A stretch of 64,000 bases of DNA from Macrostomum lignano (GCA_002269645.1 NIVC01000736.1:346521-410520), one strand, 5' to 3'. Numbered from the stretch's first letter, positions 23,591-37,179 are shown. Made by a program: numbers and translations. Notes: generated by a model from the letters alone, not told the origin.

Positions 23591-24500
23591 CCCATCTTAA
23601 GTTTTCATTGTTTCCACACTAGCGTCAGTGAAGGACTACAATGGTCCTTGGCATCAGTACGCTAGCTTCCAGTCCGCTGATGCTACTTTTAGGCGTCCCT
23701 GATCCAACCAACCTTCAAAACCGTCGCGTTTTTTTCTTGTTTTGTTGCAATGATCACCCCAGGGCTTGGCGCAGTAGCAATAATTCGTGGGTTCAAATTC
23801 AATTGCTGATAAGAAAATCCGTGCGTGTCTCAAACGCGAAAATTCATGTGAGCAGCACAACAAGTTTTGACAGGCACCAACTAGCACGTCGACCACAGGT
23901 ACACCAACATCTCAATCAAATTTCCGCTTCAGATCATGCACCACTCGGGGAAAATGAGTTTATTAGATAAAGCCAGGCTATTAATGTATGTGTGTGCGGT
24001 GAATTATAGTTCTGAAAAATAGATTTTTGAAGCCCAGATGACAAAGCCTCAAAAAATTGAATTAAAAATTCTAATAATCATACAATCGTATATTTGGATA
24101 CAGGAAGAAATAAATATCAGGAGTTCTAGAGGAATTTTTTCATCAAGAATGTTTTTAAAAAATTCATTTTAATAAGCGATGTCATAGGCATTGAAAGCGA
24201 TGAGCTACAAATCAAACGGTTGACAATAACGTCTACTTCGGAAACCGCGAAGAAGCAATGATTAAAAAATATAATATCTAATATCATTGAATAAAAATAA
24301 TTGGAGCTACTAGTAGATAAGGCGGTCGGTTTTTATTGCCCACCTCCTTGTTCAAACTAAAAAATTATGCAAATAGTCAAACTGTGAACAGCAAAATATC
24401 TCCCCAAGCACTGCTTCAAAGTTACAATCCACACATGCAGTAATGCCACTTCCGAACATAATTTCAGATCATCTTTGTTCCATGGATTAACTTCTTTGGC

Positions 24501-26832
24501 TCAGAAAATCCGGTCTGGCGCGAGCTCCTGTCGCTCTTCATCGAAGTCCATGAAGAGAACGAAGAGCAGCAGGCAGAGCAGCGCCTGCGAGCCGATCAGA
24601 TGCCACAGGTCGTGCTGGTCGAACGGCAGGCCAAGCGGATGCCACAAGCAGTCGTTGTTGGATTCTCGGGACTCAGCCGGGCTGCCTTCCCATTCGGTTG
24701 GAGGGTTGAAGAAAAAGACTACGGCCAGGATGAAAAGGCCAGCAAAAAGCAAGAATAAAATGAGTACAGCAGTTCCTCGACAACAGAGCTTGACAGACTT
24801 GACACACAGACAGGCTTGAATATCCTTTGGTCTCGTCTTCCTGCAACACTTTCGAATGCAGTAATAAAGGAAGTATAGACTTGCAGATCCGGCAGTCACA
24901 GCCAGAAGGAAATATGCAAATAGAAAATGTTCATGTAGAAATCCAACTAGAAAACTGGCGATTCCAGCGGCAAAACAGACAAAAGCAGCTAAGAACGTAA
25001 GGAAATTCTGCAACAACTGCTTTTTCCGAAGGATCAAAGCAATAACAGCCAGAAGCAGCAGCACAACACCCAGCACGCTAAACACGAATTCTCGGCTAAC
25101 CAAGGAGAACAGAATGCCCAGCGAGTTCACCAGCACCGTGACGCCCAACGCAACAAAGGTGACGTTGGCGACCGAGCCGGAGCTGAGGTGCCGCTTGCTG
25201 TAGACAGCCAGGCCCAGCATGCTGGAAAGCATGATCATGAAGGTCGTGTCGAACTGGAAGGTGTTGTGCGACGGACAGATGTGGTAGCAGGCGGAGAGCA
25301 CACCCTCCATGGCCAGCGCCAGACCGGCGGCGTAGTGAGCCGAGTAGCTGCGAGGAATGACGACCGGTCTGGCGATCTGGGGCTCAGGTGGGAGCAGTTG
25401 CACATTCTCAGTATTCGTATGATGCTCTTCTGATCCTTGAACAGTTGCCTAAAGTAGATAAGATGCAAAAGCATTTGGTAGCTTTAGTCAGCGCTGCCGG
25501 AGCGTAGAAAAAAGTTTACTTAAGGGCAACAACTTTGTTTTAAACTTCACATGTACTTTAGGGTACTTAGGCTAACCAGTGATCTCACCTGTGGCTTGTC
25601 ATGGAAAAGTTGCTTCCAAAGGACAACCACCATGAACACTATTCCGGCCGTTATGTAGCCCACATTCGATACCGCATTGTTGAATGCAAAAAATGTCGTC
25701 AGCTCTGTTTTTACATAAAAGCGGCACTTGAAGTTATAGTAGCACTCATCCAAGTTTCCGAAGGAGCTGATGGAGTCCTGCTGGAGCAGCACCAGCTGAA
25801 AAACTGGCAGGCAGTAGAAGATAGCTATGGCCGTCAGCTGCATCACGAGGCTGGCATGAGGCTGTTGTTGCTGGTTTTCCGGCTGTCCTTGGTTGTCAGC
25901 ATCGTTATTCAAAAAAGGTTCGGGCTGCTCGGGGCCGCAGCACCGGCAGTGCATGCAGTACAAGCTGAAAGTGCAGCTGCGATTGCATTCGCAGCAAACA
26001 TCACGAATAGAACGGCAAGAATCTTTTATTAAAGAATACGTTTGCCTAAGGAAGTTTTTAAACCCCCTGAAAAATTTACGTGTGTATCCCCTAACAGCAC
26101 CTAAAATACCAAGCAGAACAAGACCTGAACCAAGCAAGATTAGACAAAAGAGTAGCTTTTCAAAAAACCAAAGAAGCAGAAAAACGAAGGCAAGAGCGAA
26201 ACTCATGACAGAGAGTGATATGAAAAATAAAAAAGTAAATATGTTCAAAAAATGTTTGCAGCTTTCAGCACAAAAAATAGAAACAAAAATTATCGACATA
26301 AGGCAGTCAAATCCGCCTAAAAGAAAAGTCAAACCCAAAAGTGGCCACTCCTCCGAGTCGTGCATGGCGATCTGCTCAACCTTGATCGTGACGCTCTTGC
26401 TGGGAAACCGCTGTCGCCGCTCCTGCTCCCAGTTGGCAAGGCAATTTCGGTTGTCCGGAAACGCCGTCAGCACCACAAGGAAGCTGGAATTAAACTCGTC
26501 ACGCCTCATCAAGATGACGGAGCTGGACAGCAGCGTCTGTCTGAAGCCTCGCTGGAGCACGGACGGCGGCACCTGATCAGCGGGGCAGCGGCTTCTCTGC
26601 ACGGACACCAAACCGCATGCGGAGTCGTTCGACTCGACCAGAATGCGGACGGCTCTCAGTTCCGTGAAGTTTGCTCGGCCTGAGTCGAAGTCGAAGAAGA
26701 AGAGCTGCGGACCGGACGGCTGCAGCAGAACCTGGACCGGCTCTCCAAGCGACAGTCGGAAATTCGAAGCGAGTTGAGCTCTAGCACTCACAGTGACGAG
26801 CGCAGCTGACTCGGTAGTGACCCGCAGATACA

Positions 26833-26869
<37 letters not shown>

Positions 26870-27253
26870 ATCAGGTGTCTGAGTACTCAGATGCGGTGGG
26901 CAGATGGTCCTGGTCACCGACTGGAAGCTCTCTACAGCGCTCTGATCGCCTGTGCTGCTCACATCAACAAAGGTGTAAGGCAGCGACCAGGTGTGCAGTG
27001 TCAGTTGCTGCCTGACGACCACAAGAAGCGACGCATTCGAGTAGCTGGTCGTTTCCAATCGAAGTGCTACAGTTTCATTTTCAGGCGGAGTATATTTCAC
27101 AAGAACTTCGAGTGCGCGTTTAGAGCTGATGGAAAAGTTGCGGGCTTGACCAAGCGGAAGTATCGGTTGAGTTTGAGCTGCAGCTGGTTGCGATGGCAGA
27201 ATCAGGAATGCCAGCAACAGCACCAGCCTAAGCGTTGAGATCAGCCGAGTCAT
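24501..27253 (-). CDS. SID-1/SIDT transmembrane family protein, paralogue A; exons 27253-25589 and 25448-24501
   Basis: Signal peptide, two-domain ectodomain, then IAIFYCLPVFQLV, GNLDECYYNFKC, AFNNAVSNVGY, GLALAMEGVLSACYHICP..FQFDTTFM, W..SPAESRE.N.DC and FDQHDLWH. The phase-0 GT-AG intron of 140 bp joins the two ORFs without a stop. Confidence 0.92.
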
Positions 27254-27479
27254 CGGGATCACCAGTTTCTGAAAGGGGAAATGATTGCTTGACTTGAGGG
27301 TATGTATTGCTTGTCTGCACTAGCTTTAGAATGTTGATTTCGGATAAGTTTTAACGGGTCTGTTTAACGGGACAGTTGGTCAAAACAAAACTGATTAGCT
27401 TTTCTCTATTTTTCTGCTAATTCTTTTCAATATTTTCTATCAATTTTACTACAACGACTTTGTGCCCCGATAGACACCC

Positions 27480-30400
27480 ACTTTGCCTCAAAACTCTCTC
27501 TGAGCCCATTGGCAACATTTCGGTCCTCTGTCTGCGCATGCGGACTCGTCCTGTAGGTCTTCAGCACCCGGGTCAATGTCATTCTCGAATTTCACTCTCG
27601 CTCTCAGGTCTGCGGCGAGGCCCTCCTTGAGGCTGCGATTGAATCTCTCAACCCCCTGTTTCCTTGTGGGTAGTATTGTCTTGACCTGCTGTGCTGTATT
27701 CCTTCGACCCGTAGGAGGTACTCAAAGTTTTCGCTCACTAATTGGGGTCCGTTGTCGCTGATGAGCACCCTGGGAACCCCCAGCGGATGAACAGCTTCCT
27801 GAGCGTCTTGCAGACGATTGACGATGTCACAGTCTTCATAGCTGCGATCTCTGGCCATTTGCTGTGCAGTTCATGCACAACCAGCAGGAAATGCTAATGA
27901 CGCGGGGCTTACCTTACCGAAGATGTCAACCTCAATCTTCTTCCACGATTTAGGGACACTCGAAGGGAGTAATGATTGTCTGCTGCGTCTTGCCGGATTT
28001 TTTCGACAGGATTCAGGCTGTGCAGTTCTTGACATAGTCCTCAACCTTGATGACCTTGGAGCTTCTTCAATGGCTTGGAGTCGAATATTCTGCCGAATAA
28101 CCGCTCGCTCCCTCGTTCCGGGCGAAGAGCTTGTCCTCGACATAAAGGTAAGGTCGAAGGGAGTTGTTGAACTTGCTTTACCACCCAGCAGCAATAAACT
28201 GCAGAACGGCTGCAGTTCCTCATCGTCCTTCGTTGCTTGCTTGCGTCCGCCTGCTTGGAATCGGTCAGAGCCGTCTTGGACTCGATAACAGCGTAGATGT
28301 AGCCTTCCTCTAACGGTCTCCTCTGCTGGCACTCTCAGTTGCTGCCCATCTGGATAGCAGATTTGCGCACGGATTCTTATCTTCTGGGATGCGCTTCAGC
28401 CTGAGGTCATATCCGTGGAGCCTCTCGATCCACCAGTGAATGCACAACGGCTTATGATCGGTGCCGCTGGAGTCGAGAAATGCTGTCAGTGCGTTGTGGT
28501 CCGTACGCGTTGTGGTCTGTCCGCACGGGTAGTTGTGCCACCTCTCGATGCTCCAGACACAAGCCAAAGCCTCTCGCTCCCCAGCTGAGTGTCCTGTCTC
28601 GACTGGGCTGAGCGCTCTGGATTCGTATGCAATTGAGACCTCTTTGCAGCCTTGTGCTTGGGTGAGCACTACCCCTAGTCTACCAAGGCTTGCATCGCAG
28701 GTGACGTAGGTATCTGCCTGGCTGTCAAAGTGCGCTAACACTGGGCTAGGAGTCGAGTGCCTGGAACGCCGTGCGCTCTCGGTCGCCCCAGTGCCAGTCC
28801 GCATCTTTGAGCAACAATGCTTGCAACGGCTCAGCGGTAGCAGAATAGTTTGTAATAAACTTGTGCAGGAGATCTACTGCACCTAAGAAATATTGAATCT
28901 GCACCACTGGCGTCGGCTCTTGAATATTCATAATCGCGTCCACATTAGACTTTGTTGGCTCTGTGCCTTCCGCTGAGATTTCTCGCGGTTCAGAGTCAGA
29001 CCCTCGCCGTGGTGTCGACCCAGAATCTCTCGGAGGTTCCTGTCGTTCTCTGCTTGGTCCTTGCCATGCACCAGGATATCGTCTACAATGTTAATGGCGC
29101 CCTGGGCTCCCAGAAGCGCTTCTTTAAATGCGGCACACGAGCTTGACAGCCCGAACGGCACCACGGCAAACTGGAAGAGCGCAACGTCGCTGATGAAGAA
29201 TATGAGACCCCTGAAGTCAGGGTGCAGCGTGATCTGCTGATAGCCTTGTCGAAGATCCAGCTTGCAGGTCCGACAGGTCCTCGATCGATGGAACAGGGGA
29301 GCGATCGGCGATCACCATCTTGTTAACTTGGCGCAGATCCACGCATAGTCGAACTTTGTTGGAATCCTTCTTGTGAGTTACTAACCCATTCAGATGCGTC
29401 CACTTTCTCGATGATTCCTTCCTGCTCCATTCGGGCAATCTCCACAATAACTTCGTCCTTCAGCCTCCGAAGCGGTTGAGACACTCGTCCGACGTTGTGG
29501 TCAACCTGTGGTCGATAAATGAATCTTCTAGATTTTCCAAGGTCTCTAAAGATCTCTATGAAGTCGCGCTCAACACTTTCTTCAGTGATGTTAAACAACC
29601 TTGCTGTCGCCTTGGAAGTTTGTAAAGCCAAGCGCTTGAAACAGATCCCTCCCGAGGCCAGTACTGTTGGGCCTGGCTGCTTTGTCTCTCCTGCACTGAC
29701 AATCGACACTTCCTTGCTGCGGCAAAACTTGGCAAAGTGGTCCAGCTTGCCGCATCGCCGGCACTTTTGACCCTTAGTCTTGCAAACGTCCTTCTGCCCG
29801 TATCCGTCTCCGCATCGTGTGCAGCTGTTACCGGTCGATAGTGTCTTTTTGCTGTATCTTGGAGTCGCACCCTTCTTGCTCACTGCTTTCACCTGGAGGC
29901 CTTGGCCACCGCCTTTCTTGGAGTCGTTGATCGCTTTCTCGATCCTGTTGGCCATCTTGACGGCGTTGTCCTGCGTGTGGCTGTCCTTCTCCTTCAGGAG
30001 TCACTCTCTGATGCTTTTCGACGAGCCAAAGATCCCCTGTAGCTGGGAAATCGTGTCCTTCAGTGATTCCCAACGTCGTCCTTCCTTGCCCAGTAGTTCC
30101 AGGATGTTCGCCTTTTGCGCTTCTCAGACGCAGCTTCCAGGTCGCCGGTCACAAGGAAATTCTGGAAAGCGCTGATCCACTTCACCCATGGCACTGGAGA
30201 ATCCATTGGCGCTGCTTGGAACTCCGCGGGGTACGGTATGCTGCTCGTCGCCATTTTTTGTGTTTTTTTAAGAAAAAAAGGCCGGTAAAGCACTCGGTAT
30301 ATAGTGCTTTAGTACAAAATGAAAGGGTTTGCACTTACAGTGCGCGCGTAGCCAGCAAGGGGTGTATTGTATTTATCGCCAAGAGAGAAGCGGAGCCTCT

Positions 30401-30520
30401 CTTTTCTGTTGGGGAAACACAACAGGGGTTTGCACAGGTGTTTTCATGCAGCCCGGGTTACATCAACTATAGGCCCAGGATACTTACAATTAATTATACG
30501 GTACACAGGATATAACATCA
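27480..30520 (-). mobile_element. Degenerate Ty3/Gypsy LTR retrotransposon (gag-pol with integrase); probable single LTR at ~30260-30520
   Basis: gag MATSSIPYP..WVKWISAFQNF with CxxC knuckles; RT LCVDLRQVNK, VPFGLSS and NIVDDILVHG; RNase H CDAS..IAYESRAL..EREALA; integrase PRVLISDNGPQL. A TGGCGACGAG PBS-like start follows a TGTTAT..CA segment. Many frameshifts. Confidence 0.88.
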
Positions 30521-32137
30521 CGTGCCTGATTTGTAGTCGGCTTAAAAATAGTCAAATTTTCCATTATCTAAACTTTTATGCCTTATTCCGCGTATTCTAG
30601 CTACGCCCTAATCTCTTGTGCAAAATGATGTCACTTCCGGCGTTTAGATGGCGTCCTCTGGACAGCTTTCTATACGTCAGCTAAAAATAGCAGTGAGCTA
30701 GCACTTCAGTATTACTTTTGTGAGTCCAACTGAGAATACTCATTAAGCCATCCAAATTGAGAATCCTCCATACACTGCTTGCGAAGGGTCTCGGCTGTGT
30801 CTTGCCTTAGTCTATGGGCCATACGAGTAGACTGCAAAAGCCCAGAAAAGTGATAAAAAGCCATTCAAACTGAGAATTGATAGTTTTCTCTCTTTCTCCA
30901 GCCCCCCCCCCGAGCTCATTAAAAATGGAAGCTCACTAAGGGAAACAGCAGCGGTCCTGCATCCTAACTGAGTACAGGATTTCCCGGCGACATCGCCTGC
31001 ATCAGTATCTGTTATCCAAGGCAACGGTTATCGACTAGCCATTTTTTTTCGCGCCAATTTGCGAATAAATAAAGATAAAGTACACTACGTATAAACCTAT
31101 TGATTCTCAGCTAGGCTGACAAAAGCAATTCCAAGTGTTCGCGTTCGTACTGTATTGGGCGGGCAAATGTTGGTTCTACGAGCGTATTATTAGAACTTGC
31201 ATGTCCAGTTCTTGGTTTTAATGAATGCGCAACAAAGAACAACCTAGCCGGTGAATTTTTGTTCTTTGTTTGCGTTTAAATTCAGTTCATCTGTGTTATA
31301 ATTTCAGAAAAGTTATAAAGTAGCCGTCATAATCATATTCATTGCTCCATACCTTTGACACCAGTAGGCTTTGACTGCTTGACGGACGAGAACGATGAAA
31401 AAAACGAACCAGTTGGTCTGAGTCAGTCGATCGCTTGTCTGGTTGTGAGGGGTATTAAAAATGGGCAGACAGGTGGGGTGGGGGAGCACCAGTTGAGCAC
31501 ATTGGACCCGTTCTATGAAGCCATCGTAAGATAAGATCGTTCTTAGCTCCTATCTCCGCAGTGTAAAAGTTCCAACGTACGATCAAACTTACGCTACGAC
31601 AGCTTAATAGTACGAACCCATTTGAGTGGGTAGAGAGCACACAAATTCCACATGTCCACAGGCAGAACTTCAGGACTTTGGCGCGTTTGCTGCTCTACCT
31701 GGCTCTGCCTGACGAGCTTATCTCTGCTCTACTGGATGATTTTATCCAAAACTCGTCTTTTCCACAACTGTTACGTATGGGAAATGCGCTTCAGTGAACT
31801 ATCAAAAACTAGAGGGCAATTGAAGCTGCCTTATAATTTCTGAGAATAGCTGTTGGAATCATTCATTATTACTCCATGCTGTTGAAACCAGTGGGACCTC
31901 TAGGGAGGGTTTGTTACCTGTATTGATCGATTGATTTTTATCCCGTTTAGATCAGTAGTTGAAACTGTGAGTATTGCGTTGGGATAGCAAATTTTATATA
32001 TATAAGGGCATTATAAGCATAAATAGATTTTAGTAAATGTCAATTTCAGGTGGATTTTTAGAGGGGTGTGTTTGACTTTTTTTATCGCTGATGTAAGTAT
32101 CCGTATTGTCGCCAGGGTTAGCAAAATATAGGCGACA

Positions 32138-32440
32138 GGGGTCGCCATCATAAACCCGAAAAATCACAACTCCGAAAGCACTTCCCATCATAAACTCGAA
32201 TATCATAAACCCGAAAAATCACAAACCCGAAATATCACAAACCCGAAATATCACAAACCCGAAATATCACTAACCCGAAATATCACAAACCTGAAATATC
32301 ATATCTTCGAAAACCAAAATATTGTTGGACATTGCTAGAACTTTCAGAGTTATGATACTTTGGGTTTATGATATTTCGGGTTTATGATGGAAAGCGCTTT
32401 TCGGAGTTGTGATTTTTCGGGTTCGTGATGCCCCCCCCCC
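32138..32440. mobile_element. Foldback/MITE-like element with ~80-bp inverted termini built of ATCA(C/T)AAACCCGAAA subrepeats
   Basis: Left CATCATAAACCCGAAAAATCACAACTCCGAAAG matches the reverse complement of right CTTTTCGGAGTTGTGATTTTTCGGGTTCGTGATG. Confidence 0.75.
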
Positions 32441-33246
32441 GGCGGCATCACAAATGCCCACCTCCTCGCTGCATCCGATGCGCGGAGCCCCCTGCAGCTA
32501 AGTCAAGGCTAAGTCAAAGTTTCGGTATTGCAATAAGGTGGTTAATTTCAAATACAAGGCCATTATGCAGAAATAGGTTTTAGTAGATGCGTTTTGCACC
32601 AAAAGCCCAGTTATGCCTACTACTTTCTATTATTCTTTCGTGTAATGCTGCTGACCCGACCATGAAATCTTCTAAATTCCTCACTCTATACTACTGTTTG
32701 TGGGAACTCTTCCTTCAACAATATGCAACCGACTATCGAGAGCGACATTTCTCAGGATATTGATTGCCTTGTGTATCGTTATAATTGTGGGCGGATCTCT
32801 GGAATCTCTTCATCACTGTTACTGTAGCCACTGTCGAGGAAGGAAGCTCAAGTCTCAAATTAAAAAGCAACTGCCAGAATTTTCCACAAAATTGAACAAG
32901 AATTTACTAAAGAATGACGCCAGGCAGACAGAGAGACTCCGGGAATAGGCAATCATGACTTAGTTAAATTAGTTCAATGGATGCATCCCACGAATGCAAG
33001 GAGCTGAGAATGTTTAATAAATTCGCGGAGATCACGAGTGTTCTCCGCTCCCTGTATTCGCGGGACGCGTTTTGTCTATGGTAGAAGAAAGTGTTCAACC
33101 AACCTCACTCTGGCTCAAGGCAAGGCGTTAATTTTATTGTCTATGCCTCTATGGCAGCGGAGGTTACTTAGTGAGAATCTCCGCTAGCAAAGCACTAGCA
33201 ACATATACAAGGCGTACAGCCGTACAGGCAAAGTGGGATACATTTC

Positions 33247-33341
33247 AATAACCTACTGAAACGAGGAGAACGTCTATACAGAATCTCCGAGGCGAAGCCG
33301 AGACATAGACATAGACATTCTCCTCGTTTCAGTAGGTTATT
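33247..33341. repeat. 95-bp near-perfect palindrome (31-bp arms, 1 mismatch) with a central GCGAAGC mini-hairpin
   Basis: AATAACCTACTGAAACGAGGAGAACGTCTAT at 33247-33277 against the reverse complement of 33311-33341. Confidence 0.9.
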
Positions 33342-34899
33342 ATACATTGTTAGAGATTGCAATTGTCCTTCTCCGAGTACTTGAGTTGTTCTCGATTTTA
33401 GCGGCGCTAATTAGCAGCTACTCAAGTCGTGACATGAGCAGTGATTTATAGGCAAACAGTTTGGTGCCCGTAGAAAATTTATGTTCGAAGAAGGTTTACA
33501 TAAACATAAACGTGGCTCATCTCCTAGTATCAGGCGATTCTTTGTATTCAATCCACGGCATGTGCGACTCCGGCGGAGATAATGGGTTATCTCCGCTATC
33601 TATGTCTATCCATCTCGTTGGTTTGTCTATGGTAGCAGGGTTACGCTACTGATTATCACCGCTTATTTAACACTGGGAGAATAGACGAGGCGCACAGGCA
33701 AAGTGGATTACATGTAGCTTTTCAACACTGGGACCTGGAAAGAACTCCAGAAGCTCCTTTGCCTTGCAAGTCTACGACTTTGATTTTCTTTTTGAATTTC
33801 ATGGCACCAACGTCACAATTTGAGCTGGCGGAGTAACTCTAAAGTAAGTCAATAGTTTGTGGCCTTTGGAAAAGACCAAAAGTCTTAAGAATTTTTTAAT
33901 AAAATGTCCGAAATCGGACTCTTTAATTTGCTTATCTCTCTCTAGCTCTCTCGCGTATCCTTATTATGCGAGTAGTCCGGCACACGTTGCTCAGCCCTAA
34001 CAGTTTACCCTACCTATCTTATCTGTCTTGTCTTGACGCGTCTCTATGGAAAACTAAATAGATTGGCTCACACACTTGGGTCTGTTCACAGAATGTGTAA
34101 ACGAGTTGTGAACGTGTCGAATTGTTTTCTATATTTTAGTCTTATTACATTGAAATTTTGTTATTTTTATTATGTACTCTAGCTAACCTCTATTCATATC
34201 TAGTTTGACCTATACTAAAGTTATATTAATGCTTGTTTTACATGTATCTCGTATGACGCGTATGACAAGCGTCATTTTGGACCCTTCGTTTTGTACTCTG
34301 GCATTGTCCTGTGCCTCGTAAAGACAAGCTGTTATTGCGAGGACTCAATTATTACATGTACATGTACAATTAAAATTCGTTTTCGTCATAATTATAACAT
34401 TGTACTAGCTCGTACAGCTTCAAGCATTTGGCAATTTTGCTTCAATCTCTTAAGATCAAGATTAATTTAAGGTAGATTCAATACTACCTTAAAACAATTA
34501 CTGAAAATCTGGTCTCATTTTAATTTAAATTTTTCAAATAAACAAGCTTATCCGGCATATTAATTTGGAGGTCCTACCCTAAGGATAAAGAACTCAAGTG
34601 TTCATACTTCAAATTGGAGAATCGATTGGGATTGCTAAAAGCGAGTCAACAACATCAGCACTGTGACAGTGGCACCATTGGCACAAGACCAATAGTATAA
34701 CTGTCCTTTCCCTACGGCCTACTGATAACTGGTGAGGGTTTGTTTGTTGGTTTGCATTTGTGTGGTGACTCATCAGGCGGGCACAGACAATTGGAAATTC
34801 AACACTAAGCGACCACCACCCCAACTTGCAATCCGACAACTGACTAAAAATTCACACTGGCATACAAATATATGAGCCACCAAATCACACGATTACCAA

Positions 34900-36670
34900 T
34901 TGTCAGTGGTCGTATGATTTGGTAACTCATTTGATTGCCAGTGTGAATAAGCCTTTTGCCAAACTGCCAAACTGGGTTTTGGACGCCGCATTTTCAAGCC
35001 TCCACAGTCAGTCACTGCGTGTGTGCTACGATAACCATTTACTACAAGAGTCGGCAACAAAGAACTGCAAGGTCATTGGGACCATTGGGACCAGGACCAA
35101 TCAGTCACTGGGACCAGCGAGAGCAGCAAGACCGAGAATACAGTTCTCAAGATACAGCTGATCAGAGGCGATGCAGCAGGTGCCTGTCGACAAGGCACAT
35201 GTTGCAAAAGTGTTTGTTCATCGAAAAGCAGTACTTCCGGTGCCACAAAAATGGAGAGGTGTCCAGGGCTTGTAGAAATCAGCCTCAGCCAAACCAAGCC
35301 GCAGCAAGTTTCTGAGGCGACAACCGCTGAAAAAATTCAAGACGAGCCGTACTTTCTGCATCAACTTGGTTCCGCCTCCGCGCGCAGCGAAGCTGTGCCC
35401 CGATCATCACAACTGTTTTCATCGACAGACGTCCGTACCGTATGGAGGTTGACACTGGAGCTTCCGTGTCGCTGATATCGGAGCGCACCTACAAGGATGT
35501 CCTGCACGGCGGCCCCGAGTTAAGCCCATCAACTGACCAGCTGAGCACATACTCCGGACACTCCGTTAAAGTGCTCGGTAAGTTGGAATTGCCCTCAGCA
35601 AGTCGCAAGGCCCAAGTCTGCTCGGCTGCGACTGGCTGCGGCAGCTGCAACTCGACTGGCAGTCCAGCAGGCTACTGGACGAACTCGTCGAGGTGTTTGG
35701 TGACCTCGATGCATTCAAAGGCACGCCACTATCGATAGAGCTGAAGCCGGATGTCAGGCCTCGGTTCTGCAAGGCCCGCTCCATTCCGTTCTCACTGAAG
35801 ACCAACGTCGAGCAGCAGCTGAACAAGGAGGTGCTGCAGGGAGTGCTGTACCTCATGAAGTCCTCAGAATGGGCGTTGCCGATCCTTCCTGTAATGAATC
35901 GGATGGGGATCAGATCGGGTTTGCGCCGATTTTAAACAGACCGTCAACGCTTCTTTTAATTCGGACACGTAACCACTGCCAAAAATTGACGAATTGTTCT
36001 CGAGACTCGCCGGAGGCAAGAAGTTTACCAAGCTGAATCTGAGTCAGACCTTCTCTCAGATACCCCCATTTGGGCTTCTTCGATACTCGAGGCTTCCATT
36101 CGGTATCGACGGCGCCAAGCATGTTCCAGAGGGTCATGGACGGCCTGCTGCATGGCGTTGCTCACTGCGCTGCATTCATGGACGAAGTCATCGTCACTGG
36201 ACAGGACTGCAGCAAGCTCAGGGCGCTCTCCGTTTTTAAGGGCGCTGGCTTGACTGCAGCCGTGGGAAGTGCGCTTTCATGCAAGATTCAGTGGCGTACC
36301 TGGGACACCGCATTGACTCGGAAGGCCGCCTTCATCCACTGAAGGACAAGGTCCAAGCCATAGTGGATGCGCCTGAGCCCACGGACCTGACGCAGCTGCG
36401 GAGTTTTCTGGGTCTCGTGAATTACTACGGAAATTTTCTGCCTAACTTTTCGACAGTCTTGAGTTCGCTTCAGCAGATGCTCAAAAAGGAAACCCTATGG
36501 CGCTGGGGACAGGCGCCAAAGACGGCTTTCGAGACCTGCAAGCGTCTTCTGGTCCAACCGAACGTCCTGGCTCGTTTAGGATGCAGCAGCATGATGCAGC
36601 AGCGGAGCTGTTCTTGGAGTGCGACTCTTCGAACTACGAAATTGGAGCCGGAATTTTCCATCAGGTCGGC
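34900..36670 (+). mobile_element. Degenerate, 3'-truncated Ty3/Gypsy element (gag knuckles, protease, RT, start of RNase H)
   Basis: CSRCLSTRHMLQKC..RCHKNGEVSRAC, MEVDTGASVSLIS, YSRLPFGI, FMDEVIVTG, YLGHRID, LRSFLGLVNYYGNF and FLECDSSNYEIGA; breaks at the (AATAC)n tract. Confidence 0.88.
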
Positions 36671-37175
36671 AATACAATACAATACAATACAGTACAATAC
36701 AATACAATACAGTACAATACAATACAATACAATACAATACAATACAATGCAATACAATACAATAAATACAATACAATACAATACAATACAATAAATACAA
36801 TACAATACAATAAATACAATACAATACAATACAATACAATACAATACAATGCAATACAATGCAATACAATACAATGCAATACACTACAATAAATACAATA
36901 CAATACAATAAATACAATACAATAAATACAATACAATAAATACAATACAATAAATACAATACCGTACAATATAATACAACACAATACAGTACAATACAAT
37001 AAATACAATACAATACAGTACAATACAATACAATACAATAAATACAATACAATACAATAAATACAATACAATAAATACAATACAATAAATACAATAAATA
37101 CAATACAATAAATACAATACAATACAATATAATACAATACAACACAACACAACGCAATAAAATACAATACAATAG
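36671..37175. repeat. (AATAC)n pentanucleotide microsatellite
   Basis: Directly visible, with AATAAATAC variants. Confidence 0.97.
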
Positions 37176-37179
37176 AACA

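Noticed and set aside
27420-27600. Second LTR of the 27.5-30.5 kb Gypsy element
   Set aside because: No copy of the 30260-30520 segment is visible at the 3' end; the element appears truncated.
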